From assembly GCA_003221005.1 (NCBI GenBank), contig QHTZ01000052.1:1-19960 (forward strand): a stretch of 19,960 bases of DNA, read 5' to 3'. A model generated the notes under the pieces. It saw only the letters and a list, made by a program, of their open reading frames with translations, searched no databases and was not told the DNA's origin. The translations under genes and the position numbers were made by a program. This DNA comes from Gemmatimonadota bacterium. GTDB taxonomy: Bacteria; Gemmatimonadota; Gemmatimonadetes; Gemmatimonadales; GWC2-71-9. Positions 1 to 7,365 of the stretch are shown here, one piece after another. Each line of letters opens with the position of its first letter. The first letter of the stretch is position 1.

Positions 1-2
1 GT

Positions 3-461
3 GAGCGACGGGCCGAACCCGAGCTCAGTCACGAGGACCCAGAGCGCGCGTACCGCGGCTGCCTCCACGCCGTCAGGCGAGGCCGAGGCCAGCAGCTCGA
101 GACCGGCGGTCAGGGTGTCGAAGGCGGCGGGGAGCGGCGCGGGCGGCGCCATCTTGAGCATGACCTGGGCGAGCGCGGCGGCACCGGCGAACCGGGCCAT
201 GTCGAGCGCGAGACCGCGACGCAGGTTCGTCACGTCAAACGCCGCGAGCGTGTGCAACTCGCGGGAGTCGCGGAAATACAGCTGTGCCTCCCCTTCGCTC
301 AGGAATTCAAGCGCGGCACCGAAGCGGCTCCGGGGACGCAGCACCCCCTTGGCGATCGCGCTCTGAACCCCCAGATCGCGCGTGGCGAGGCGCACCACCT
401 TCGAGCTTTCGCTGTAGCGATACGTCTGCAGCACGACCGCTGGCGTAGCGACGAGGGGCAT
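3..461 (-). CDS. recO: DNA repair protein RecO (5' part; runs off the left edge of the window)
   Basis: Not in the ORF track because it has no stop in the window. Manual translation from ATG at 461 gives MPLVATPAVVLQTYRYSESSKVVRLATRDLGVQSAIAKGVLRPRSRFGAALEFLSEGEAQLY..., matching the RecO N-terminal OB-fold pattern (A.VL....Y.E...IV...T...G......AKG..RP.SRF...LE). Confidence 0.93.
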   Translation of the reverse strand, partial: MPLVATPAVVLQTYRYSESSKVVRLATRDLGVQSAIAKGVLRPRSRFGAALEFLSEGEAQLYFRDSRELHTLAAFDVTNLRRGLALDMARFAGAAALAQVMLKMAPPAPLPAAFDTLTAGLELLASASPDGVEAAAVRALWVLVTELGFGPSL

Positions 462-465
462 GGCC

Positions 466-1497
466 TTAGGGCACGAGGATCGTCGCGGCCGCCGATGGGC
501 AGACACCGACCGCGACTTGCTGGAGGTCGTCGTAATTGGGGGGTTGCGACAGGATGTGCAAGACACCGGGCTGCGTGCAATTGCCCCGATCGAACGCGTA
601 CACGCGGCCCGCGCCATCGATGGCCAGGGCCGCGACGCTGGCGTTCCCCTGCACACGAACTGGGTTCGCCGGACCGCGGAGCAGGGTTCGAGTGGACACG
701 TTCACCTCGAGGATGCCGACCGGAGAGGCGACGAGCAAGCGCCCGGACGGGTGGTACAGGGCCGGCCCAGGAGACTCGCCGAGCCCGTTCAACACTACCT
801 GCTCCACTGCGGTCGCGGGATCGACGATCGACAGCTTGCCATCTCCCTTGTCTGGGGTGCCCGCATCGATGACGTACAGGAGGCCGTCGGGGCCGAGAGT
901 GGCGTAGCTCGCATTCGTCCCCGTCAGTGGGATGGAATCCACCGCGGGCGGGGAGCCTCCGCGCACTGGCAGAACGGTGATCCAGCTCGGGCCCGCTGGC
1001 GTGCCGCTCACCAAGTTTTTGTTGATCGCGTACACGCGCCCGCCCGTGACCGCCACCGCCTGAGGGTATACGCCCACGGCCGAGCTCGCCGTGTCGCCGG
1101 TCCGGACGTTGACGCGGGTGACGCTGTTGCGGTTTGGGTTCGCCACCCAGGCGATCGAATCGCTCTCGAGCGCCACGCCGGTGGCCCCCGAGTTGCTAGG
1201 GAGGTTACGCGTCGTGACGACGGGAGGGGCGCCGTTCGAGAAATCGAACACGGCGAGGGCTGCCGCATCCCCGCCGGGCGCTGCGAGCAGGTCGCCCCGG
1301 ACCGCGATGCTGCGCGGGGCGGAGCCTGTTGGCGGAACGCTGACAGATGAGACCGAGCGATCGTCCACGGAGACGAGTGACAGCGTGCCGCTGACCGCGT
1401 TGACCGAGACTACCACCTGGCCAGCTGACGTGCTCTGCTCGAGCGCGTCGCTGCACGCCGTCAGTGCCATCAGGCCGAGCACCGCCACCCGCTGCAT
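466..1497 (-). CDS. Beta-propeller lipoprotein, YncE-like; BtuG-like cobalamin-binding candidate
   Basis: Lipobox signal MQRVAVLGLMALTA-C. About 7 blade-like repeats (e.g. VGVYPQAVAVTGGRVYAIN, GTNASYATLGPDGLLYVID, GESPGPALYHPSGRLLVAS, VAALAIDGAGRVYAFD). Starts 10 nt after the btuB stop. The CDS is well supported; the function is inferred from context. Confidence 0.75.
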   Translation of the reverse strand: MQRVAVLGLMALTACSDALEQSTSAGQVVVSVNAVSGTLSLVSVDDRSVSSVSVPPTGSAPRSIAVRGDLLAAPGGDAAALAVFDFSNGAPPVVTTRNLPSNSGATGVALESDSIAWVANPNRNSVTRVNVRTGDTASSAVGVYPQAVAVTGGRVYAINKNLVSGTPAGPSWITVLPVRGGSPPAVDSIPLTGTNASYATLGPDGLLYVIDAGTPDKGDGKLSIVDPATAVEQVVLNGLGESPGPALYHPSGRLLVASPVGILEVNVSTRTLLRGPANPVRVQGNASVAALAIDGAGRVYAFDRGNCTQPGVLHILSQPPNYDDLQQVAVGVCPSAAATILVP

Positions 1498-1507
1498 CGG
1501 GCGAAAC

Positions 1508-3475
1508 CTAATAGGCGAGCGCCAGCCGTGCCCCCAGGAAGATGGTGCGGCCGCGGGCGGGGAAATTCTTCACCTCCTCGTACGCATGGTCGAGCAGGTT
1601 TTCGGCCCGAACCGACAGGGCGACGCCCGGCTCGCGGCGGCCCTGCCGCGACCGCAACACATCAAGCTGCGCCGCCACGTCCATCCGCGCATATGCGGGC
1701 AGCGTCACGCGCGGAAACGGGTACGTCGCAAAGTCCTGATCCTGACGGGTCCCGACGTAGATCACGGCAAGCGAGAGCGTGCCGCGATCCCGCACGCGGT
1801 AGTCGGCGTCGAGCCGGGCTGTGTGCTCGGGACGGCGCAGCAGCGGCCGCCCTGCTGCGAGCGCCGCGCCGGAGCTGGGATCGAAGCCGGGGTTGGTGAT
1901 GTCCGTGTGCAGATAGGTGTAGCCGATACCTAGAGCCAGCGGCGCGATGGGAGCGGCGTGGAGGCCCAGCTCGACCCCGTTCGCGGTCACGCCCGCCACG
2001 TTTTCGTAGTTTGGCGCGCCGGTCGGCGCGCTCGGGTCGTAATCGATCATGTCGCGGAAGCGCTGATCGAAGAATGTCGCCGAGAGACTCACGCGCCCGC
2101 GGTCGAGCGACTGGTCCAGCCCCAGCTCCCAGCTGCTGGAGCGCTCCGGCCGAAGCTTGGGATTTCCCACGGCGTAGCCGGTCGCGAAGTTCTCGAAGAA
2201 CGTCGGCTCACGAAAGGCATTCCCCGCCGTGGCGCGGAATCGCGTGTCGCGGGCGACCCGGTAGGCCGCCCCCAGGCGGTACGTGACGAACGTTCCGAAC
2301 CGCTGGTTGTCCTCGAACCGCAGGCCTGCCGTCACGGATACTCGCCCGGCGACCTCCGTGACCGCCTGCGCATACAGCGCGCGGTTCCAACGCGACGTGT
2401 CCACCGGCGGGGAGCTGCAGTCGCCGAACTGGGTCTGGCACGTGTTCGAGCTCTGGCCGCGCTCCTGCTCGACCGCCGCGCCGCCGGTCAGGACGGCTCC
2501 GGCTGGGAGGTGGAAGTTGGCACGGATGTCGGCGCCGGTGCGCCGCAGCTTGTCGAGGCTATGAAACAGGTTGGGGTCCGCCGTGCTGTCGGGGTGGTTA
2601 TCGAAGCCCCCCTCCGTCGCGTTGACGGTGAGGAGCAAGCGGGTCTCGAGTCGCGACGTGAAGCGGCGCCCGACATCGAGACCGATCGTGGGGCCGCTCC
2701 CGAAATTGAACTGGTTCCGGTCCACCGGGACGCCCGCCCCGTTAGTGGGGAAGTGATACGCGTTGTCGTCGTAACGGAGCGAGAACGTGGCGTCGGTGCG
2801 CGTATCCGGCGTCGCGCGCAGCAGACTCGAGAACACGGTATTGTGGTACCGGTTGTTGAAGGCGTACATGCCGTCGCTCGCGAAGCGCGACGCCCCGACC
2901 GAGTAGGTTACGCCCCTCCCGGCACTCGCACCCGCGACCCCGGCGGCAAAGCCCTGGGTTCCATACGTGCCGCCCTGGAGCGACAGGTCCGCCTGCCCCG
3001 GCCCCGTCCCCCAGCGCGTGAAGATCTGCACAACCCCCGTGACCGCGTCGGAGCCGTACAGCACGCTCGCAGGACCGCGCAGCACTTCTATCCGGTCGAC
3101 GTTGTCGGTGGTCAGGTTCGCGAAATCGTAGCTCCCGCCCGGCTGATTCACGGGCACCCCGTCGACGAGCACCTTCACGTAGTTGCTCTGCCCGCCCCGA
3201 AGGAATAGGGACGTCTGCCCGCCGAAGGAGCCGGTCTGAACCACCGCCGCGCCAGGGACCTCGCGCAACGCTTCGAACACCGTCGTGATCCCGGCGGCAC
3301 GGAGCTCGGCGCCGCTGAGCACGGTCACGGCTTCCGGCACGGCGCCGGCCCGTGTGGGGAGTCGCGTCGCCGTGACGACGACCGGCTCGAGCTGCACGGT
3401 ATCGCCCGGGCGCTGCGCCCCGAGCACGGCCGGGACGAGCGACGCGAGCGCCAGGGGGAAGAGCAGCGGCTTCAT
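1508..3475 (-). CDS. btuB: TonB-dependent outer-membrane receptor, vitamin B12 transporter BtuB-like (655 aa)
   Basis: Start at ATG 3475 (MKPLLFPLALASLVPAVLGA signal peptide; ATGA overlap with btuD). TonB-box region DTVQLEPVVVTATR, plug motifs LRGG, VLVDGVPVN and RIEVLRGPASVLYGSDAVTGVVQIFT, C-terminal ENLLD..YE..GR and terminal aromatic Tyr. Downstream of a cobalamin riboswitch. Confidence 0.9.
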   Translation of the reverse strand: MKPLLFPLALASLVPAVLGAQRPGDTVQLEPVVVTATRLPTRAGAVPEAVTVLSGAELRAAGITTVFEALREVPGAAVVQTGSFGGQTSLFLRGGQSNYVKVLVDGVPVNQPGGSYDFANLTTDNVDRIEVLRGPASVLYGSDAVTGVVQIFTRWGTGPGQADLSLQGGTYGTQGFAAGVAGASAGRGVTYSVGASRFASDGMYAFNNRYHNTVFSSLLRATPDTRTDATFSLRYDDNAYHFPTNGAGVPVDRNQFNFGSGPTIGLDVGRRFTSRLETRLLLTVNATEGGFDNHPDSTADPNLFHSLDKLRRTGADIRANFHLPAGAVLTGGAAVEQERGQSSNTCQTQFGDCSSPPVDTSRWNRALYAQAVTEVAGRVSVTAGLRFEDNQRFGTFVTYRLGAAYRVARDTRFRATAGNAFREPTFFENFATGYAVGNPKLRPERSSSWELGLDQSLDRGRVSLSATFFDQRFRDMIDYDPSAPTGAPNYENVAGVTANGVELGLHAAPIAPLALGIGYTYLHTDITNPGFDPSSGAALAAGRPLLRRPEHTARLDADYRVRDRGTLSLAVIYVGTRQDQDFATYPFPRVTLPAYARMDVAAQLDVLRSRQGRREPGVALSVRAENLLDHAYEEVKNFPARGRTIFLGARLALAY

Positions 3476-4275
3476 GCGTGGTCCTTTCGCTTGCGAAGGG
3501 GAATTATCTGCGGCCGGTCCTGAAACGGCTCGATCGTCACGGGCCACTCAAACACACGCTCCGCGGCCTCCCGCGTGAGCACTTCCGCCGGCGGCCCTTC
3601 CGCCACCGCCCGGCCCTCCGAGAGCAAGAGGACGCGATCGGCGAAGCGGGCTGCGAGGTTGAGGTGATGCGTGATCAGGAGGACGGCGAGGCCCTCGGCG
3701 TCGGCGAGGCCCCGCGCCAGCTCGAACAGCTCCATCTCGTGGCGGATATCGAGACTCGCGGTGGGCTCGTCGAGGACGAGGAGCCGCGGCTCTTGGGCGA
3801 GCGCCCGGGCCACGCGGACGCGCTGGTATTCGCCTCCCGAGAGGGTCCAGATCCAGCGGTCGGCGAGCGTGGCCACGTCGCAGCGCTCGAGCGCCCGCGT
3901 TACGGCCGCGCGGTCCTCGGGCCGCACGGCACCCCAGAGGGAGAGGTGCGGGTAACGTCCCAGCAGCACGGTGTCCCGCACGCGCTGGGGAAACAGATTG
4001 TCCTCCCGCTGCGCCACCACGCCCGCGACGCGCGCCAATTCCCGCGGCGACCAACGGCCCGCCGGCCGACCCAACAGCTCGGCCACGCCTTCTCGCAGCG
4101 GGACCACGCCCAATGCCACCCGCACGAGCGTCGTCTTGCCGCTGCCGTTCGGGCCCAGCACCGCGTGGAAGTCCCCGGCGCGCAGGGCGAGCGATACGTC
4201 GTGCAAGGCGTCCGCCGCCGCCCCGGGATAGCGGTACGAGACGCCGCGCAGGTCGAGGATCAGCGCGCGGTCCAT
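3472..4275 (-). CDS. btuD: ABC transporter ATP-binding subunit, cobalamin/iron-chelate family (BtuD/FecE-like)
   Basis: Likely start ATG 4275 (MDRALILDL...). Walker A GPNGSGKTT, signature LSGGEYQR, Walker B LLVLDEPT, H-loop ITHH. The longer ORF-track N-terminus overlaps btuC out of frame. Confidence 0.9.
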   Translation of the reverse strand: MDRALILDLRGVSYRYPGAAADALHDVSLALRAGDFHAVLGPNGSGKTTLVRVALGVVPLREGVAELLGRPAGRWSPRELARVAGVVAQREDNLFPQRVRDTVLLGRYPHLSLWGAVRPEDRAAVTRALERCDVATLADRWIWTLSGGEYQRVRVARALAQEPRLLVLDEPTASLDIRHEMELFELARGLADAEGLAVLLITHHLNLAARFADRVLLLSEGRAVAEGPPAEVLTREAAERVFEWPVTIEPFQDRPQIIPLRKRKDHA

Positions 4276-5201
4276 CGGCGCATCAGCAGGGCGAAGACGG
4301 GGACGCCGACCAGCGCGGTGACGATGCCGACCGGCAGCTCGCGCGGCGCCACGGCAACCCGGGCTACCGTGTCGGCGAGCGTGAGTAGGGTGCCGCCGCC
4401 GACGAAGGCCGCCGGCAGCAGGGCGCGATGCTGGTGGCCCCACAGGGCGCGCATAGCGTGCGGCACGATGAGGCCCACGAACCCCACCACGCCCGACACC
4501 GCGACCGCCGCAGCGGTGAGGAGCGAGGCCGCGACGTACACGCGGCGGCGTACGCGGTCGACATCTGCGCCGAGGAAGCGAGCCGGCTCCTCGCCGAGGG
4601 CGAGGAGATCGAGGGAGCGCGCCGCCGCGAGCAGGACCCCGAGCGGGAGCGGGACATAGACGCACACGACGAGCACCGCGTCCCAGGACGCGCCCGAGAG
4701 CCCACCCCAGAGCCACAGCAGGGCGTTCCGGAGATCGGCCGCGCTCGCGAGCGACACGATCGCGGTGGTCACCGCGCCCGCGAACGCCCCGACTGCCACG
4801 CCCGCGAGGATGAGCACGCGCGGGTCGAGCTCGGCGCCTCCCACCAGTCCCACCCGGTACACCAGGGCCATCGCGGCGAGGGCGCCCACGAACGCCGCCA
4901 GCGGCAGAATCCAGGGGCCGCCCAGATGCAGCGCGATCGCGAGGACCGCCCCGAGGCCAGCGCCGCCGGAGAGGCCGAGCAGGAACGGATCCGCGAGCGG
5001 ATTGCGGACGAGGGCCTGGAGCGCGGCGCCCGCCATCCCGAGCGCCCCGCCCACGAGGAACGCGAGGATCGCCCGGGGGAGCCGAAGCGAGCGTACGATC
5101 TCCGACGAGCCGAGCGCGCTCCAGGCGACGTGCGTCGGGCCGAGCACGATGGCGAGCGCGAGCGCCACGGCGGCGGCGGCCCCCAGCCCGAGCCACCTCA
5201 T
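4260..5201 (-). CDS. btuC: ABC transporter permease, FecCD/BtuC family
   Basis: Start ATG 5201 (ATGA overlap with btuF stop). Family motifs LRLPR, QALVRNPLADPFLLGLSGGA, LGEEPARFLG, GVVGFVGLIVPH, ELPVGIVTALVGVPVF; highly hydrophobic. Confidence 0.92.
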   Translation of the reverse strand: MRWLGLGAAAAVALALAIVLGPTHVAWSALGSSEIVRSLRLPRAILAFLVGGALGMAGAALQALVRNPLADPFLLGLSGGAGLGAVLAIALHLGGPWILPLAAFVGALAAMALVYRVGLVGGAELDPRVLILAGVAVGAFAGAVTTAIVSLASAADLRNALLWLWGGLSGASWDAVLVVCVYVPLPLGVLLAAARSLDLLALGEEPARFLGADVDRVRRRVYVAASLLTAAAVAVSGVVGFVGLIVPHAMRALWGHQHRALLPAAFVGGGTLLTLADTVARVAVAPRELPVGIVTALVGVPVFALLMRRWTAR

Positions 5202-6055
5202 CGCGCTGCCTCGAGCAGGCGGTGGAACTCCGCCACCGCCGCCGCGGCGCGGGGCGATGGGCGTCCGAAGACCGACCCGACGAGCACTACGAAACGCCGC
5301 GCGCGCACGGCGCGGATCGCCTGCCACTCGCGGCGGCCCGCGAATGCCGGCGGGCGAGACGGGCCGCTGTCCGCCAACACAACCACGACGTCGGGATCGC
5401 GCGCCGCGATCGTCTCGAGTGACACGACCGCGGACGCGGTACCGAGGTCGTGAAACGCGTTGCGGGCGCCTGCGAGCCCGGCAAGCTGATCGAGGTAGCT
5501 CGCGCCGCCGATCACCATCGGCGGGTTGTCCCACACGACGAACGCGAGCCGTATGCCGAGGTCAGGAGGGGGGGCCGCGAGGAGCTGCGCGACGCCGCGC
5601 GCGATGGAGTCGCCCGCGGCCGCGCGCCCCGTCAGCCGCCCCAGCACCCCGGCGTCGTCCGCCAGATCCTCGAGGCGGTCCTGGCGCAACACGGCCGTCG
5701 CGATCCCGAGCTCGCCGAGCCGGCGCGCGGCCGTTTCGTTGAGCGCCGAGCGGTACAGCACCACCAGATCGGGCCGTCGTGCGACGATCGCTTCGAGGTT
5801 GGGATTCAGCCCGTCGCCCACACTCGGCACAGCCCGGACCTGGGGAGGGTAGTCGCACCAGGTGGTGCGCCCCACGACGCGATCCCCTGCCCCGAGGGCG
5901 TACAACAGCTCGGTGATGGCCGGCGACAGGGACACGATGCGCTGCGGAGAGGCCGCACGCGCGGCCGGGCGCTCGCCGCGCTCTGCGCCGCCGCCGCAGG
6001 CGGCGAGGAGCACGACGAGACCCGCGAGGTGGGTGCGCTGTGCCGAGCGGCGCAT
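5198..6055 (-). CDS. btuF: Cobalamin-binding substrate-binding lipoprotein (BtuF, helical-backbone family)
   Basis: Start ATG 6055 just after the leader terminator. Lipobox LAAC; motifs RIVSLSPAITELLYALG, VVGRTTWCDYP, PNLEAIVARRPDLV, RPSPR. The ORF-track start at 6124 lies inside the riboswitch platform. Confidence 0.9.
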   Translation of the reverse strand: MRRSAQRTHLAGLVVLLAACGGGAERGERPAARAASPQRIVSLSPAITELLYALGAGDRVVGRTTWCDYPPQVRAVPSVGDGLNPNLEAIVARRPDLVVLYRSALNETAARRLGELGIATAVLRQDRLEDLADDAGVLGRLTGRAAAGDSIARGVAQLLAAPPPDLGIRLAFVVWDNPPMVIGGASYLDQLAGLAGARNAFHDLGTASAVVSLETIAARDPDVVVVLADSGPSRPPAFAGRREWQAIRAVRARRFVVLVGSVFGRPSPRAAAAVAEFHRLLEAAR

Positions 6056-6058
6056 AGC

Positions 6059-6093
6059 AAAAATGCCCACCCCCGTCGGAGCGGAGATGGGCA
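6059..6093 (-). terminator. Intrinsic terminator / attenuator of the cobalamin riboswitch
   Basis: Minus strand TGCCCATCTCCG-CTCCGA-CGGGGGTGGGCA (12-bp stem with 2 G-U pairs) followed by TTTTT, ending 3 nt before the btuF ATG. Confidence 0.8.
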
Positions 6094-6122
6094 AGCGCCT
6101 GCGCTGGATGCGCAGCGCCACC

Positions 6123-6288
6123 ATCCCTCCCGCGAGGGAATCTCAGGTGGCGCGAACGGAGACGTCTCCTGGCTCCGGGCCCGCGGCTCGCCTTCCCGGT
6201 TTCCCAGTGGCGTTGAGCCGCACCTACATACCCGTTACAGTGGCGGGGCCGCGCCGGACTCACACCGGCTTCCGTGAACCCCGTTCGC
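6123..6288 (-). promoter_or_regulatory. Cobalamin (B12) riboswitch: aptamer 6152-6288 plus P13 kissing hairpin 6123-6141
   Basis: Minus strand carries GGAAGCCGG-TGTGAGT-CCGGC (T-loop hairpin), GCGGCCCCGCCACTGT, the GCCACTG-GGAAACC-GGGAAGGC peripheral element and the B12-box GAGCCAGGAGAC. It is closed by GCGAACGGGG/CTCCGTTCGC and lies upstream of btuFCDB. Confidence 0.95.
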
Positions 6289-6304
6289 TTGAACGACGAA
6301 GGCT

Positions 6305-6333
6305 AGTCTATCGTTGCCTCATTCGGGACGCAA
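6305..6333 (-). promoter_or_regulatory. Putative sigma70-type promoter of the btu operon
   Basis: Minus strand TTGCGT (6333-6328), exactly 17 nt, TAGACT (6310-6305). Predicted start near 6298, about 10 nt before the aptamer. The -35 box lies in the last codons of the upstream gene. Confidence 0.65.
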
Positions 6334-7365
6334 GGGAGCTGACGGCTGCTTTCGCAGCGCGATCACGAGCCCCACCACGAGCGCGACCGCCACCACTCCG
6401 ACCACGTAGGGAACGAGGAACTCCGCGCGGAACCCCGCGCGCGGGAATGTAAGTACCACCGACGCACCCGGTGACAGCGCACGCGCGCGGTAGCTCGCGA
6501 AGTGCCGCTGCTCGATGAGCTGCACGCCTCCGACCTCGAGGGCCGGCGCCGCCACCGTAGTCGTGGTGTCCTCGAGCAGCAGGTCCACCTCGCCGGTCGG
6601 CTGATCGATCGGGATGGCGAGTGCCGACATCGTCGCGGGGAGCGTGTACGAGTAGGTCAGCTGTTTCGGCTCACCGGGCGGGATCGGCCCGACCACAATC
6701 ACGCGGTCGCCCCGCCGCCCGACGGCCTCGCCCGACACGTCCCCCTGGCCCGCTTCGAACTGGATCACGCCACGGGGTAGCGCGCCCATCCAGGTCGGCC
6801 GGGTCGTGTCGTTCGTGATGCGCGTCGCCTTGCCCGGATTCTCGAGGGCGAGCAGCTCGAGCACGGGCCGCGTGCCGTCCTTCCGCGGCCGGGCCACGGT
6901 GACGAGCCGGCGGTGGAGCCCGATCGGAGGGCCGGTGGACGCGGTGTCGTACACGACGATCGGCTGGAGCGTGACGGCGCGGCGGCCCGGCGGCACCGGC
7001 TCCGAGAAGTACGCAATGCCGGAGTACCAGCTGCTCACGACGTACATGGCGGCCGTGTCCGGGCGCGCAATGACCAGCGTGAATCGGCCCCCGGAGCCGG
7101 TGCGCACCGAATCGATCGGGCCGCCGCCTGCCCCCATCTGGACCTGGTGCAGCACGACCCAGGTATGCGACAGTGGCCGGCGGCCCGGGCCGTACACAAC
7201 CTGACCGGAGACCATAACTCGCTGCGCGACCACGTCGCCGCCTCCGCCTAACAGAGCGAGGAGGACGAGCGCGCTATGGCGTGAACTTGCCGAAATCTTC
7301 AGGATCGAGGTTCTGGAGGTAGGTCTTGAGAGTGTCGGTGTCGAGCGTCGTCGGACCAGTCGCAT
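6319..7365 (-). CDS. Uncharacterised membrane-anchored protein with a carboxypeptidase-regulatory-like (beta-sandwich) N-terminal region; start uncertain (ATG 7365, GTG 7233, or a non-canonical start between)
   Basis: Open frame filling the gap between the DUF151 gene and the promoter. Hydrophobic ALVLLALL segment near the N-terminus; VSGQV...PL....VVLH...RTGSGGRFTL pattern; C-terminal TM helix VPYVVGVVAVALVVGLVIAL followed by RK. Confidence 0.7.
   Translation of the reverse strand: MRLVRRRSTPTLSRPTSRTSILKISASSRHSALVLLALLGGGGDVVAQRVMVSGQVVYGPGRRPLSHTWVVLHQVQMGAGGGPIDSVRTGSGGRFTLVIARPDTAAMYVVSSWYSGIAYFSEPVPPGRRAVTLQPIVVYDTASTGPPIGLHRRLVTVARPRKDGTRPVLELLALENPGKATRITNDTTRPTWMGALPRGVIQFEAGQGDVSGEAVGRRGDRVIVVGPIPPGEPKQLTYSYTLPATMSALAIPIDQPTGEVDLLLEDTTTTVAAPALEVGGVQLIEQRHFASYRARALSPGASVVLTFPRAGFRAEFLVPYVVGVVAVALVVGLVIALRKQPSAPLRPE

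Noticed and set aside
520-585. Internal promoter for recO (two TTGCAC hexamers on the minus strand)
   Set aside because: Neither has a TAnnnT -10 box at 16-18 nt spacing.
3472-5534. Long N-terminal extensions on btuD (to 5196) and btuC (to 5534) in the ORF track
   Set aside because: These are Arg/Gly/Pro-rich off-frame readings of the upstream genes; better starts exist at 4275 and 5201.
5568-5574. G7 run in btuF as a phase-variation tract
   Set aside because: It is short, in frame, simply encodes Ala-Pro-Pro in a linker, and is unremarkable at this GC content.
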